Origin: Tubulanus polymorphus
Taxonomy: Eukaryota > Animalia > Nemertea
Direction of reading: 5' to 3'
Assembly: GCF_964204645.1 (NCBI RefSeq)
Contig: NC_134031.1
Span: 11,410,088-11,474,087 of the forward strand
DNA: 64,000 nt
In this document: positions 12,797-25,020 of the stretch, in pieces
How positions within the stretch are numbered: position 1 is the first letter of the stretch
Layout: each line of letters begins with the position of its first letter
Program-made: the position numbers and the translations under genes
The notes under the pieces: model-generated
The model's input: the letters and a program-made list of their open reading frames with translations, nothing else
What the model was told of the DNA's origin: nothing
Database searches by the model: none

Positions 12797-13135
12797 TTAT
12801 TGTCCCCCACGCGGGGTAGGCCGCGGGCGGGGGACTTGGTATCCGCCTCCGTCCTTTAGTCCGCCCATCCGTCCACAGTCCACATCAGCTTATGAACGTG
12901 ATTCAAGAAGAACCGTTGATCGCAGGACTATGATATTACACAGTATGATTGCCCCAAGGGAGAGGATGTGCCCTATTGATTTTGGGGTCCAAAGGTCATG
13001 GTCACTACAGGTCATTCACAGGAAACCTTGTAAACGCGATTCATCAAGAACTGTTGATAGCAAGACCATGATATTACGGATTCTGAGGTCACTACAGTTA
13101 ATTTATGTGAAACCTTGTGAACACAATTCTAGAAG
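12797..13135 (+). mobile_element. Helentron-associated (HINE/DINE-like) fragment
   Basis: TTGTCCCCC..hairpin..GTCC microsatellite start, followed by short internal repeats (AAACCTTGT.AAC.CGATTC). Confidence 0.5.
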
Positions 13136-13802
13136 AAGAGACGTTTAATAAAAACGTTTTTCGAATGTTTTTTTAAAAACGTTTTTGAAATGTTCAATCA
13201 TAACGATATATTTTCAAACGCGAAGTTTCTGATGTAAAATGATAAAAGAATGCATAAAAACGTGTAATTGTGATTTATGTAATGATATGTACCATTTAAA
13301 CAGAATGCTACAATTTCAAAACGTTATGAAAATGTTTCTAAAACGTTTGAAAGTAACAAAACCAAACCAAAACCAAAGTGAAACGTTTCGGGAAGGTTTT
13401 GTGTTAACTGGGTTGACAATGTTCATTTTGATATGCTTACTGTAAACTTAAAGAAGTCATAAAATATTTAAATTTCAGTTGAATATTTTATAATCAAGTG
13501 GTCCGGCCGTTAGTACATGTGATTTTTAATGGTCAACATATAGTGTTTCATCTTAGTTTGTGGGTTCATTGGAAAATCGAAATGTTCCATCTTGATTCAT
13601 CAAATCAAAATCATCATTTCATTGGCTGAGGGGTATTGCTTGGTATGCAAGTTATTGTTCGCTAAAAGATCTCAAAATGGCTGCCATCCAAATCATGAAC
13701 CACAGAAGCATTTCCATTCAATAATGGCGGCTAAGTGTGAATTTTCTGTGCATTTTGAGTATTTGTCTTGTAGTCTATAGTTTTTTTTTTTTTCATTTTC
13801 AG

Positions 13803-13997
13803 GATGATAAGCAGTTATACTATGTTACCAACTTCATCAATGAATGAAAACCCTAGTCCATCTAATGTATTGGCTAGATTCGATGAAAACTACATGGCTG
13901 TCAAACAAATGATGGATATGAGTCTGCCATCGAAAATCATTAGCATACACATGGTGGAAAAAGTGGTGAATGAAATGGGAGAAAAAACATACAATGA
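13803..13997 (+). CDS. Candidate host exon: N-terminal part of a PARP/ART-fold domain
   Basis: Long polypyrimidine tract plus AG (13801-02) and donor GTATGT at 13998. Translation VLARFDENYMAVKQMMDMSLPSKIISIHMVEKVVNEMGEKTYN(E) matches the PARP pattern L....EY..V...F..T....I..IE+I.N.....Y. Ends in phase 2. Confidence 0.62.
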
Positions 13998-14387
13998 GTA
14001 TGTATATTTCCTTGCTAATTTTAGTCCTAATTTAACTCCTCTATATCAAGAAAGATGATATGTGACCTTAATGATTTTGCATAAAACACTACTTATCAGC
14101 TCTCGAGGAACGAGAGAGCTACTGTGGTGATGCCTGGTTGTGTATGCTATGATGTAATTGGTTGTGTATGTTACCTGTCGTGTGAAACACACACTTGTAT
14201 GAATGCGCACTAAAATGCGCAAAGAATACGCACAGTAAATAGTTCCAGGATTAAGATCATATACATTTTGGAACTTATGATTGCGTAGTAATAATTATTC
14301 ATTATGAATAAATGGATTGTCATGAATAAATTATTTTTCGACTTGGGGGTGGTTTATGCATTTATGTCACTTGTTATTCTGTTGATT

Positions 14388-15434
14388 ATTAGGGTTTCTG
14401 CTGCTTTCGCAGAAACCCTCTTGTAATTCTGTTGATTATTATTATTAGGGTTTTCTGTTTCTTCACAGAAAACCTTATTGAGATTCGCTTGATTATTATT
14501 AGGGTTTTCTGTTACTTCACAGAAAACCCTATTGAGATTCGCGTGTTTCTTATGATTATTATTTTATGTCACACTATTTTCACTAAAAGAACATGGGCTT
14601 TGTTACCTTGCCACTGTTGCCGATACAATCCGTATGATATCCTTCAGCTCACTACAAATACAGGATCTACAAATACTCCGTGCGTATTTTGATAAATCAA
14701 CGTAACGAAAGCACTGTCGGGCCGTAAACATCGAAAATTGGGTCCCATTCAATGAGGCGACACGTTTTTCTGAGTCGTCATCCCGATATCCACAGGAGGT
14801 TGCTCGTCACTTGATTATCAATTCAAGTGTAAATAAACAAATTTATTGCCGCAAGACTTCACATTCAACCGCGGTTTTTAAACAGTAATTTTTAACACAT
14901 GCCCATTTTCCTCATCAAATCATATTACCAATACACAGGAAATTTACTGCTCTAGATTTTAAAAACACTAACGAGCCGTAAACATCGACAAATCGACATG
15001 TGTCTCTTCATCGTCGTTCCGGGGATCAGCTATGAGTTTCTCCTCATCATGACAATCAAATCAAGTACAAATGAATTTATTACTACCAGTGATTTGGCCG
15101 CGGGCTTCAAACAGTTAGTTTAACAATGCCTAATTTTCTTTACCAAATTTACTGTGTATTTACTAGGATAAATCATTAGAGTACCGGTGAGTCGTAGGCC
15201 TAAACTAAACATGCCGAAGAGATGAAGCGGAGGAAAGCTGTTGTGTCGACGAGGTATCAAAATAAAAGACAATATAACTTCATTCGTCCGTGGGCTTCAA
15301 CCATTTATCAATACTCTATATTTCCTACAGTACATACCGATCATTGTCAAATGTACAAGGTATTTACTAAATACAAGTATATGACATACTCTTATCCGTA
15401 CGCTGTATAATTCTTGCGTTTATAAGACAATACA
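14388..15434 (+). mobile_element. HINE-like interspersed repeat (5' hairpin unit repeated three times, ATT microsatellite)
   Basis: TAGGGTTT...GAAA(A)CCCT units; body resembles 30040-30180 and start resembles 45327-45385. Confidence 0.5.
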
Positions 15435-16062
15435 TAATAGAGCATCTCTCATTGTGTCAAAACTCGTTTGTCTGTCACTGAGAAGATGGCAGTTGTTTTT
15501 CTCACTCTGTCGCTGCCAGCAAGTTTGGGCAGCTAATTAATTATCTATTCAACCAGGTTACCGGTCACCAAAAGTATTTTGACCAATCGTGTGGCTTGTT
15601 ACAGGTGAGAGATGCTTCCAAAATTTAGAGTATTTAAACCTTGGCTGAGTTAGATCTTGACTCAGTTTGCATCTCTCACTCGTAATAAAACACACGATTG
15701 CTGTCAGGAATACTATATTGGATTTTTATTCATTTACTTTTAAGGTAAGCCTGAGTTATATTATGTAGTTTTTAGATCCGACTTTATTATATTATAGGCC
15801 TTTTAATACTAGTCTAATTGTTATGTCAGAAATAGGCTAAATAATCATGTATATATTAGATTTTAAGGAGTTCGCTATAACAATGCATTTCATATCAGTT
15901 ATTTGTAACAAACTCAGTTTGCATCTCTCACTCGTAATAAAACACACGATTGCTGTCAGGAATACTATATTGGATTTTTATTCATTTACTTTTAAGGTGA
16001 CGTGCTCTCATAGCCACATCAACCCCTACGACATCGACGTAACAACGAAAGTTACATTAATA
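15435..16062 (+). repeat. 5' LTR (5'-truncated)
   Basis: 15435-16060 matches 24381-25020 with about six substitutions and one 14-bp indel by eye. Confidence 0.92.
15582..15690 (+). promoter_or_regulatory. LTR core promoter and polyA signal
   Basis: CCAAT (~15583), TATTTAAA (15631-38), Inr-like TCAGTT (15662-67) about 30 nt downstream, AATAAA (15684-89). Confidence 0.6.
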
Positions 16063-16065
16063 AAT

Positions 16066-16075
16066 TGGTGGAGAA
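16066..16075 (+). other. Primer binding site, probably tRNA-Ala
   Basis: TGGTGGAGAA lies 3 nt after the LTR end and is complementary to a ...UCUCCACCA tRNA 3' end. Confidence 0.65.
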
Positions 16076-16099
16076 CCCGAACGCCCAGACCTCTCGCGA

Positions 16100-17340
16100 A
16101 TGTCAGGCGGAACTTCACCGATCAACTTCACTGGAAGATCATTGCGAAGCTCATCTCAAGCAAGCAAAAAGTCCGCCTCATCATTGGTGCTACCTACACA
16201 AATCAACACAGCAAATTCATCAACCTCAACAAATTCGGCAAGGGTGTCGACAGATCTATTAACACCAGCAACACAACATCCGATCGTCGAAACTACGAGC
16301 AAAATCATGCCGGGAATACAGCTACCTCGGTTTACTGACCAAGACCCTCACGTCTGGTGGGACTTATGGCTATCATGCATATCAGCCTACCAGATGCAAC
16401 CAGACCAACAGGTCCATCACTTTAAGCTGCATTTGTCCGACCAAGCGCTTACCTGGTACCGATCATTGGGCAACGATATCACAAGTGACGATGTGAAACT
16501 AAAAACGGCGTTCACAACTCGCTGGCGTTCACAACTCGCTTCAGTAACTCTAACGGAAATAGCATGGCAATCCTTCAGTTTAAACAGGAACCAGGTCAAT
16601 CAGTTATTTCATACCTAGAAAACTTTCTCCAAAGGTTGAACCCCTTGGAGCTGAGTGAAACTATGAAAGTCAGCTTCCTGATAAATGGTCTCCGTGACGA
16701 TATAAAACTTATAATTATGCCTCAAAATCCAAGTACCGTTCAAGAGGTACTTACAAAAGCGAACCTCGCCGAACAAACTATTAAAGCTACATTCCAAACC
16801 ACAGTAGCTAGCGCGGCCACTACTAATGATATGGGAACAATCATGGACATGATGCGAAACCTGCAAGCTCAAATGCAAGAACTGTGGACACAAGTTATGG
16901 AGGACGACAACCCACCGGAAGTCGCGTATGCTCATCATACCAGGGAGCCACGACGACCTCAGAAGGCAGAAATACAGCAGAATCAATATTAACCTACATG
17001 GGATACACCTCAACAGCCAAAGAGATACCAATCATCACAGCAGCAACCACGAAATTATGATCAGCAAGCTCCAAGGACTCAACAAGGCCGTCGAGAATGT
17101 AACAATTGTGGTGAGTATTGTGGCGGAAATAGGTTTTGTAGGGCATTCAATACAATATGTAACTTCTGTAGGATTCCCGGCCATATCGAGAGAAAGTGCC
17201 GTAAAAAGAAATTTAGCCAATTTCCCAGAACTGCACCTCACCCATTTCACGGCTGAAGGCACGCGCCTGTCTCTGGCGGCCCAAGTCCCCAGGATGGGCA
17301 CCCATCTAAGAAAACACCTACTGTCAATGTCACGGAGGTT
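16100..17340 (+). pseudogene. gag (capsid plus double zinc knuckle), frameshifted
   Basis: LPRF..QDP..WW...LHLSDQALTWYRSL; QEPGQSVISYL (MHR-like); CNNCGEYCGGNRFC..CNFCRIPGHIERKC at ~17098-17200. Confidence 0.88.
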
Positions 17341-20300
17341 CTAAACCAAAATTCAATTCTTACAACTGTAGCTTTAGGTCCATCTGATATTTCCCATATT
17401 GCCGGTGTAGGTGGGGAAAAACATGTAGTTCAAGGTCGAGTCCCTTTAGATGTAAATATTGGCGGACTAGCAATTTCACACTCGTTTTACGTAATTGACC
17501 ATATGCAGCACCCAATCATCTTAGGTTTTGTCTTTCTCGAAGCAAATGATGCTAAAATCTGTTTTAAGACCCGTACACTCACTCTCCGAGACAATGAGGT
17601 TTATACCGTACTTAATACATCAGGTGCTGGCTTAGTCAGAACAGATAAACACACAGTCATACCTCCCAATTCTGAATGTCGCATCCCAATCCGTATGTCT
17701 AAAATTGAAACGCCAAAAATCTGCTTTCTGGAACCTGTTCCCTCTTTACACAAGATGCAAATCTTAGGTGCTAAATGTCTTGTCAATATTGACAAAAATC
17801 GTTCAGTTATGGCTATCTTAAACCCCACGGATCAAGAAATTGTGCTACCACGTAAAAAGGTTGTCGCTACATATTTTGACGTCGATCAAGAGTCTATTGT
17901 GCCAATTGACGATTCTCTCAATTTGAATAGTTATGAACAAAATCCCATCAAATCAAACTCTTCAGAACCAATTCACTTTGATTTATCGTATTCGGACCTT
18001 GACGACAATCAGAAAGAATGTCTTTCAAACTTTTTAAAAGCTAATCGTGATGTGTTTGCAGCAGACCTTTCAGAGGTCGGTCACACTAATATGTGTCATC
18101 ACACCATTGAAACTGATCCCGGGGCGAAAAAGGTTAGTCTCCCTTTTTACCGCACTCATGCTGAAAACAAAAAGGAAATAGAACGACAGGTCGATGAATT
18201 ACTCAGAAACAAGTTCGTAACCAAGTCCAATTCTGAATGGCATAGCCCCGTAGTATTGGTTAAAAAGAAATCGGGTGAATTTCGCTTTGCGGTGGATTAT
18301 CGCAAATTGAATCAGATCACAACCCAACTTGACTTTCCACTACCTAGGTTTGAAGATGCAGTAGATTTGATAGGTGACTCAAAGGCCCAAGTGTTCAGTA
18401 GTCTTGATCTCGCTAGTGGATTTTGGCAAGTCCCGCTGGATCCTGCCACAAAGCACAAATCCGCTTTCATAACCCATCACGGAATTTTTGAGTGGGAAAG
18501 GCTACCATTCGGTTTAAAAAATAGCCTGGCTACCTTTGCCTCGGTAATGGCTCGAGCGCTCCAAAGCATTAATTGGAAATTTGTGCTGATCTATGTAGAT
18601 GATATTTTGATCTTTTCTCGGAATTTTAAAGAACATCTGCAACATCTTGTATTTCACCACCTTCGAAAAGCAGGTCTCACTCTCAAACCCTCGAAATGTC
18701 AATTCGCTCGGCGTGAGATACTTTATCTCGGTCATATCATAACCAAATCAGGTGTCAAAATTGATCCTTCCAAGACTGCGGTCATCCATGCCTTAAAAGC
18801 TCCCACAGGTGTTAAAGGTGTCCGTCGATTCTTAGGCATGTGCAATTACCATAAGAAATTCATCAAGAGCTACAGCCAAATTGCAGTTCCATTGTACAAT
18901 CTGTTGAAGAAAGATAGCAAATTCGTTTGGTCAGTAGAATGTGACAGAGCCTTCAACACCTTAAGACACGCCATGACTTCGGCACCAATTCTCGTTTATC
19001 CAGACATGACGAAACCCTTCATTCTGACGACAGACGCTTTGGACTATGCACTTGGGTACATCCTAAGCCAACTCGATGAAAATAAACGGGAACGGGTTAT
19101 TGCATTCGGTGGCCGAGCACTTTCAGGAGCCGAACTCAATTATTGTACAACGGAGAAGGAAGCTCTCGCTATTGTTGATGGAATCAATCATTTCAGGGTC
19201 TACCTCGCGGGGTCCAAATTTCGATTCACTGTATATACTGACCATCAGGCCCCAGTTTATATCAAATCAATCAAACCGGAAACGAAACGCGTCCATAAAT
19301 GGGCTCTATCCATTCAGGAATACAATTTCGATGTAATCTATAAACCTGGAGTTAACAACGAGCCTGCTGATTTCTTATCACGGACCGAATATACTGTGTC
19401 TGAGAAACCTCTTGATGAGGACAGACATTAATAATAACAGGGCAGACATTTGCTCCATTGATCCCTCGTGTTTCATAGATCCTCCTCTTACACACGAGTC
19501 ACGTAGGGCGCAATGGCGACAGAAAATCAAAGAAACAATCAGTAATGACTACACGGCACACATAGCTTCGATCTCTGTAGACAAGCTAGATGACCGGACT
19601 TCAGAACCCTCGAACATAGGCCAATCACAAAAAGAAGCAGCAGATTTCAAGGAAATCTATGCCTATCTCTCTGACAATACATTACCTGATAATAAAGAAC
19701 GGGCAAAAAGAATCATTCGGGTTGCCGACTGTTACTCTCTCTGCGACGGTATCCTGTATTTCTTCTGGCAACCTCGTTGAACGACAAACGCTTAATTTAA
19801 ACCTTGGCATTACCCCCTAATAAGCGGGAAGAAGCTCTAAAAGCTTATCATGATTGCATTGCAGGGGGCGGACATTTCGGTGCCGAAAGAACCTATGCTG
19901 CTCTACGGCAAAAGTAATATTGGCCCAAAATGTTTTCCGACGTCACCAGGTACATTCGAAATTGTGACCAATGTCACTGAGCTAAAACGTCACGCCATGA
20001 CTTGCCTGCCCCATTACACCCACTTCCGGTTGCTAAAGTTTTCCAACGTCTTCACATCGACATCTTAAGCCCTCTGGTCACGAGCAATGAAGGGTTTCAA
20101 TATATATTACTTACGGTAGACAGCTTCACTGGGTGGTGTGAAGCTTTTCCTCTCAAAGACCAAACTGCTACTACCATCGCTAAAGTCTTCTTCTCTGAAG
20201 TGATTTCGAGATATGGCGCGCCGCAACAACTGGTATCAGACCTGGGTAAAAACTTCTTATCCAAGTTAGTTGCAGCTCTCTGTGAACTTTTCAGGATTGA

Positions 20301-21273
20301 AAAATTGAATACGACATCCTATCAACCTGAAACTAACTCAACTTGTGAGCGCCGTAACTCCCTGATTGCTCAAAGTCTACGTGCCTACTGCATCGAACGA
20401 CATCAACAAAATTGGCCGGACCTCTTACCTGGCATCATGATGGCCTTCAGAATGTCTCCATCCACTCGTTCAACAGAATACTCACCCCATTATCTATTAT
20501 TTGGAAGAGAGATGAACTTACCATTCGATACTTCATTACAGTTGCAATCTCATTTGGACAAAGCAGCTAACTACTGTATGGAAAATTTATTGGATACCCT
20601 CAAAATGACCAATGAAATTGCAAGTGACAACATAGTAAGATGTAAAGAAAAGATGAAAGAGAATTTTGATAAAAATGCCAAAGACCCGAATTTCAAACCA
20701 CTGGACCAAATTCTGTTACGAACAAAAAAGACGCCAAAAGGGCTTTCCAGAAAGTTACATCACAAGTTTGAGGGCCCTTACTACATTGTGGATTGTAGCA
20801 ACAATCATCATTATAAATTACGCCGGTGTTCAGATGATAAATTGCTCAAGTCACGGCAACACGCTAATCGAATGAGGCATTATCACGATCCCCGAGACAG
20901 GAGTTATCTGAAAGTCTAACCCGACATGGGGAAACCTAAGACTCCACCATTGGAAGCTAAGGATATTAAGGGAGCTGACACACCACCTCACACAAATAAT
21001 AATGGGGAGAATGACACACTTCCAGACGGTCCAGATACTGCCCCTGACGCAGGCAGTGAATGGGATGATCTTGAAATTGAGAAGGTTGTCAAGTGTTCAT
21101 ATCACAAGGGCAAGAAAACATATCTTGTCAAATTTGAGGGTTTGCCAAAAAAGATTTGGTTAAGGGCTGACGACGTACCCGAGACACCCCGCCGAGAGTT
21201 CCATGCACAATACACCCTCCAGGGCAAAAAACGGAAACAAGTTAAACGTAAACGAAACAAACATTTCTGTTAA
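17341..21273 (+). pseudogene. pol: truncated protease, RT, RNase H, integrase, GPY/F and chromodomain-like C-terminus
   Basis: RT: SPVVLVKKK, DLASGFWQ, LPFGL, YVDD. RH: TTDALDYALG, EKEALA, YTDH. IN: LHIDIL, SDLG, CERRN, GPY. Tail: EIEKVVKC...YLVKFEG...IW..ADDV. The protease D-T/S-G half is absent; several stops and frameshifts. Confidence 0.93.
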
Positions 21274-21443
21274 TTATCAACGGATGGACTAGTACTTCCC
21301 CATCTTCTTGCGCATCTTTTCATAGTTACCAATTTCTATTATCATGTCTTACTCGCTCTCCTTCTAAGTAAACGGTCAGGCTGTCGAAATTGTGCTATTG
21401 AGAAGTAATTCATTTTTTTTTTTCTCTCTATCTTTTGATTTAG

Positions 21444-23868
21444 GGGTTTCTTGGGAAAGCTACTTGTTCACGTTGATCGTTACAGTCATGTCTTTGGTGT
21501 CTCCAGCTTCAGCTTCGATCTACATTCAACGAATCAACTACGGCCTCATCTTTCAACATCAATCTCGAGTACATTTCGCAACGGAATCTTGGATGCATAC
21601 ATACGCCATTCCTATTCCTCAGTTCCACGACCCTATCCTCCTCCCACAATGTACTTCCAATGTGTCGCACTGTTACAAAATGGCTTCACTCGTACGTCAG
21701 GTAAATAGCCTGCGCATGGACTTGGCAGCAGCTGTTAATGCTACTACTAACTTTATTCGAACCATTATTCCTATAACAGTAGACCGCAAAAGCTCACGAT
21801 TACGCAGAGCCGGGTTTTTACCTTTTATCGGGTCTCTGTCAAAATCATTGTTTGGTACGGCTACAATGGATGATGTAAACATGCTCGCTAGACATATCAA
21901 ATCACTCGAACAATACCGCAATGTTATCAACAACAAACTGACTCACGACGCAGGTGCAATGGCTTCGTTTATGTCTAAAGTTGATAATCGTTTTGGGCAT
22001 GTGGTACAAGAACTCGCTTCAGACCATAAAGCCATTGCATCTTTGTACACTCGTTTACGCGTTCTATATACAGATGTTCAAGATACGATCTCGACTACAA
22101 CCACTATTCTAATGAATTCTGTTTGACGCTCCACGGTCGTCAGGCAGCATCTTACTGCTCTACGTTCTGGCATTAAGGACTTAACAAATGGTGTTTTATC
22201 TCCTACTATTCTATCACCTGATTTGCTACGCACAACAATGAGACAGGTTAGAGTAGTATTGGCCGAGAAATTTCCAGACTATGCCCTTATTGTTAAAAAC
22301 CCTTTAGCGTTATACAAGAAGGCAAAATTCCTGGTTTCTCGCAAGAAATCGATGTTGTTTATATCTCTCAAACTGCCTATTGCTCCGACAAAGGCTTCTC
22401 TGATTTTGTACAAAGTTATTGCACTACCAGTACCCATCAACACTTCTGCACAACATTTCACGCACTTACCACACCTTGCACCATATTTTGCTATCGCCGA
22501 TTCACACATGTCGTATTCATTTCTATCACACGACGATGTTCTTCTATGTAACAGGGCTCATGTTAGATTCTGTCATTCCAATGTACCGATATACAAATCG
22601 TCATATTGGTCCTGTGAGTTAGCCCTATTTCAAGATATGTCTGAATACATAACTAAGCACTGTGACTTCAGGGTTGTTCAAACTATATTACCTCTGAAGG
22701 CCATCGAAGTTTCGCCATCATCACTGGTCATTTATAATACGCCTCAACTCTTGTTAACATGCAAACACACCTCTCGAGAACCCTCAGTTCAGGTTGGCTG
22801 CGCTTTATGTATCATCAAAGTTCCATGTCATTGTACAGTGACCTCCAGTTTCTATTCCATGGCCCCTCGTGCCTCTTTTGTCATTATGATCTGGTAGACA
22901 GACCATTTGAAATGATTCATCGAGTGAATCTTGCAGTACTGCAGGCATTCTTCTCTGAGGATCGTACTAGGCACTTATTGGGCCATTATGTCTCTCACAA
23001 ACGTTTCAATGTCAACATCCCTTCATTTCAAATGTATAATCATTCATTTGCTGAATTTTTGGCCAATGACAGGCGTGATCACCTCAGTTTAAAGTCAGTG
23101 GTGACTGCAGTAAAGCGCGATGAAAAGGTCTATCGAGATCTCACTGAACCTCTTTTGGATGGTGTTATATCTTTGCCTACAAATTGGGTGAGCCCACCTT
23201 CCATTTTAGTATATTGCAGTCTAGGAGTTTCACTAATCTTTGGCTTTCTGTCGACATGGTTATTCCTCAGGGTACGCCATCTTTCTGCAGCTCTTCTTTT
23301 AATTCATGTTTCGGTTACTCAAGCCTTAACCCCGCCAACAATCTGGGAATATCAGGTTCCTCAATCAACTACCAACCCCTCAGATGACTTACAGCTCCAA
23401 TTTCTGTCAGCCTCGATGGTAGTTACATTGGTGAATACATTAATTTTCCTTGTTTACATCATTCGACATCTACGTGCAAAATCGTGTTCTGAGCGCACTA
23501 CTCTAGCTCTTGAAATTACGAATGGTCCACACTGCAAACGCATCTCTATTTTACATCTACCATTATGTCCAGTTCACTGGGAAATCAATTATCCGTCTAA
23601 TATGTATGACATCTCTATCACCGGTATATTCCGTCCTCAGCTCCGTTTTCAGATCACTGAGTGTAGCATTATCAATACTCTGTCAGGACAACCTGTATCA
23701 TTACCGTCTTCCGTATATATTTCCCCCATTCAAGCAGATCATCTTCGACCGATTCTTAGCACTCCGTGCAGTGCCTATATAATTATTCTACATCACGACA
23801 GCTACACTGTTCTGCAACCACAACGCACGGTCCGAGCATCAGCTCCCACATTCACCATGGTTGACTAA
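21444..23868 (+). pseudogene. env-like class I fusion glycoprotein (F-type), with one in-frame TGA (22124-26) and one frameshift (~22875)
   Basis: Signal-like N-terminus, furin site RLRR, fusion peptide AGFLPFIGSLSKSLFGTAT, heptad region, GVLSPTILSP motif, Cys-rich region and TM segments. Confidence 0.88.
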
Positions 23869-24084
23869 TTGCTTATCAATTGTTTTTCTATTTTTTTTCA
23901 TTATGAAATATTGTATATACATTGCATTTATGCTACGACACTTCATAGTTCAATATTTGTACATATTCTATCAATTATTTGTTTGTATTTCCGACACAAT
24001 ATTCTTATAACCATGGCTAATTCTTTAAGCATGCCCTCGTTGCAGTATGAGTTTGAATTTCCGGAGCAAATTCCAACCCACGAC

Positions 24085-24093
24085 AGGGGGGAG
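24085..24093 (+). other. Polypurine tract
   Basis: AGGGGGGAG, downstream of env and directly followed by TATTA. Confidence 0.65.
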
Positions 24094-25020
24094 TATTATC
24101 AGTCATATTGAATATTTCCGAGAGCAAATAAATACTTATAATATGGGTTCCTTAATTTATCATTTTTATAATGTTCATGAAATAAATCTGTATTTAGTGG
24201 GTTATTTTAGTAGTGCGATAGTACGAGTATGATATCGATGTATAATTCTCATAATATTCAAAGGAACGATTTTGTAATTAATGGATTATTTGTATGACCA
24301 CAAGTATGATAGCTGACTTTGTTTGTCCAAACTTGCTGAGAGTAAATTTGCCAGACACTGTGTATCTAATAATCAGTGGTTAATAGAGCATCTCTCATTG
24401 TGTCAAAACTCGTTTGTCTGTCACTGAGAAGATGGCAGTTGTTTTTCTCACTCTGTCGCTGCCAGCAAGTTTGGGCAGCTAATTAATTATCTATTCAACC
24501 AGGTTACCGGTCACCAAAAGTATTTTGGCCAATCATGTGGCTTGTTACAGGTGAGAGATGCTTTCAAAATTTAGAGTATTTAAACCTTGGCTGAGTTAGA
24601 TCTTGACTCAGTTTGCATCTCTCACTCGTAATAAAACACACGATTGCTGTCAGGAATACTATATTGGATTTTTATTCATTTACTTTTAAGGTAAGCCTGA
24701 GTTATATTATGTAGTTTTTAGATCCGACTTTATTATATTATAGGCCTTTTAATACTAGTCTAAGTGTTATGTCAGAAATAGGCTAAATAATCATGTATAT
24801 ATTAGATTTTAAGGAGTTCGCTATAACAATGCATTTCAATCAATGATTTTCATATCAGTTATTTGTAACAAACTCAGTTTGCATCTCTCACTCGTAATAA
24901 AACACACGATTGCTGTCAGGAATACTATATTGGATTTTTATTCATTTACTTTTAAGGTGACGTGCTTTCATAGCCACATCAACCCCTACGACATCGACGT
25001 AACAACGAAAGTTACGTTAA
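24094..25020 (+). repeat. 3' LTR (start inferred from the PPT; last ~2 nt lost)
   Basis: Homology to the 5' LTR over 24381-25020; the start is inferred only. Confidence 0.8.

Larger units (their letters stand above)
15435..25020 (+). mobile_element. Ty3/Gypsy LTR retrotransposon with env-like gene (endogenous-retrovirus-like), defective
   Basis: Near-identical LTRs, PBS, gag, PR-RT-RH-IN order, chromo-like tail, env and PPT. Confidence 0.95.

Noticed and set aside
15847-16338. 163-aa ORF upstream of gag (and 24843-25124)
   Set aside because: Runs through the LTR and PBS with no recognisable motif; not conserved in frame between the LTRs.
22124-22126. Programmed readthrough or selenocysteine TGA in env
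   Set aside because: More simply a CGA->TGA change in a copy with many other lesions.
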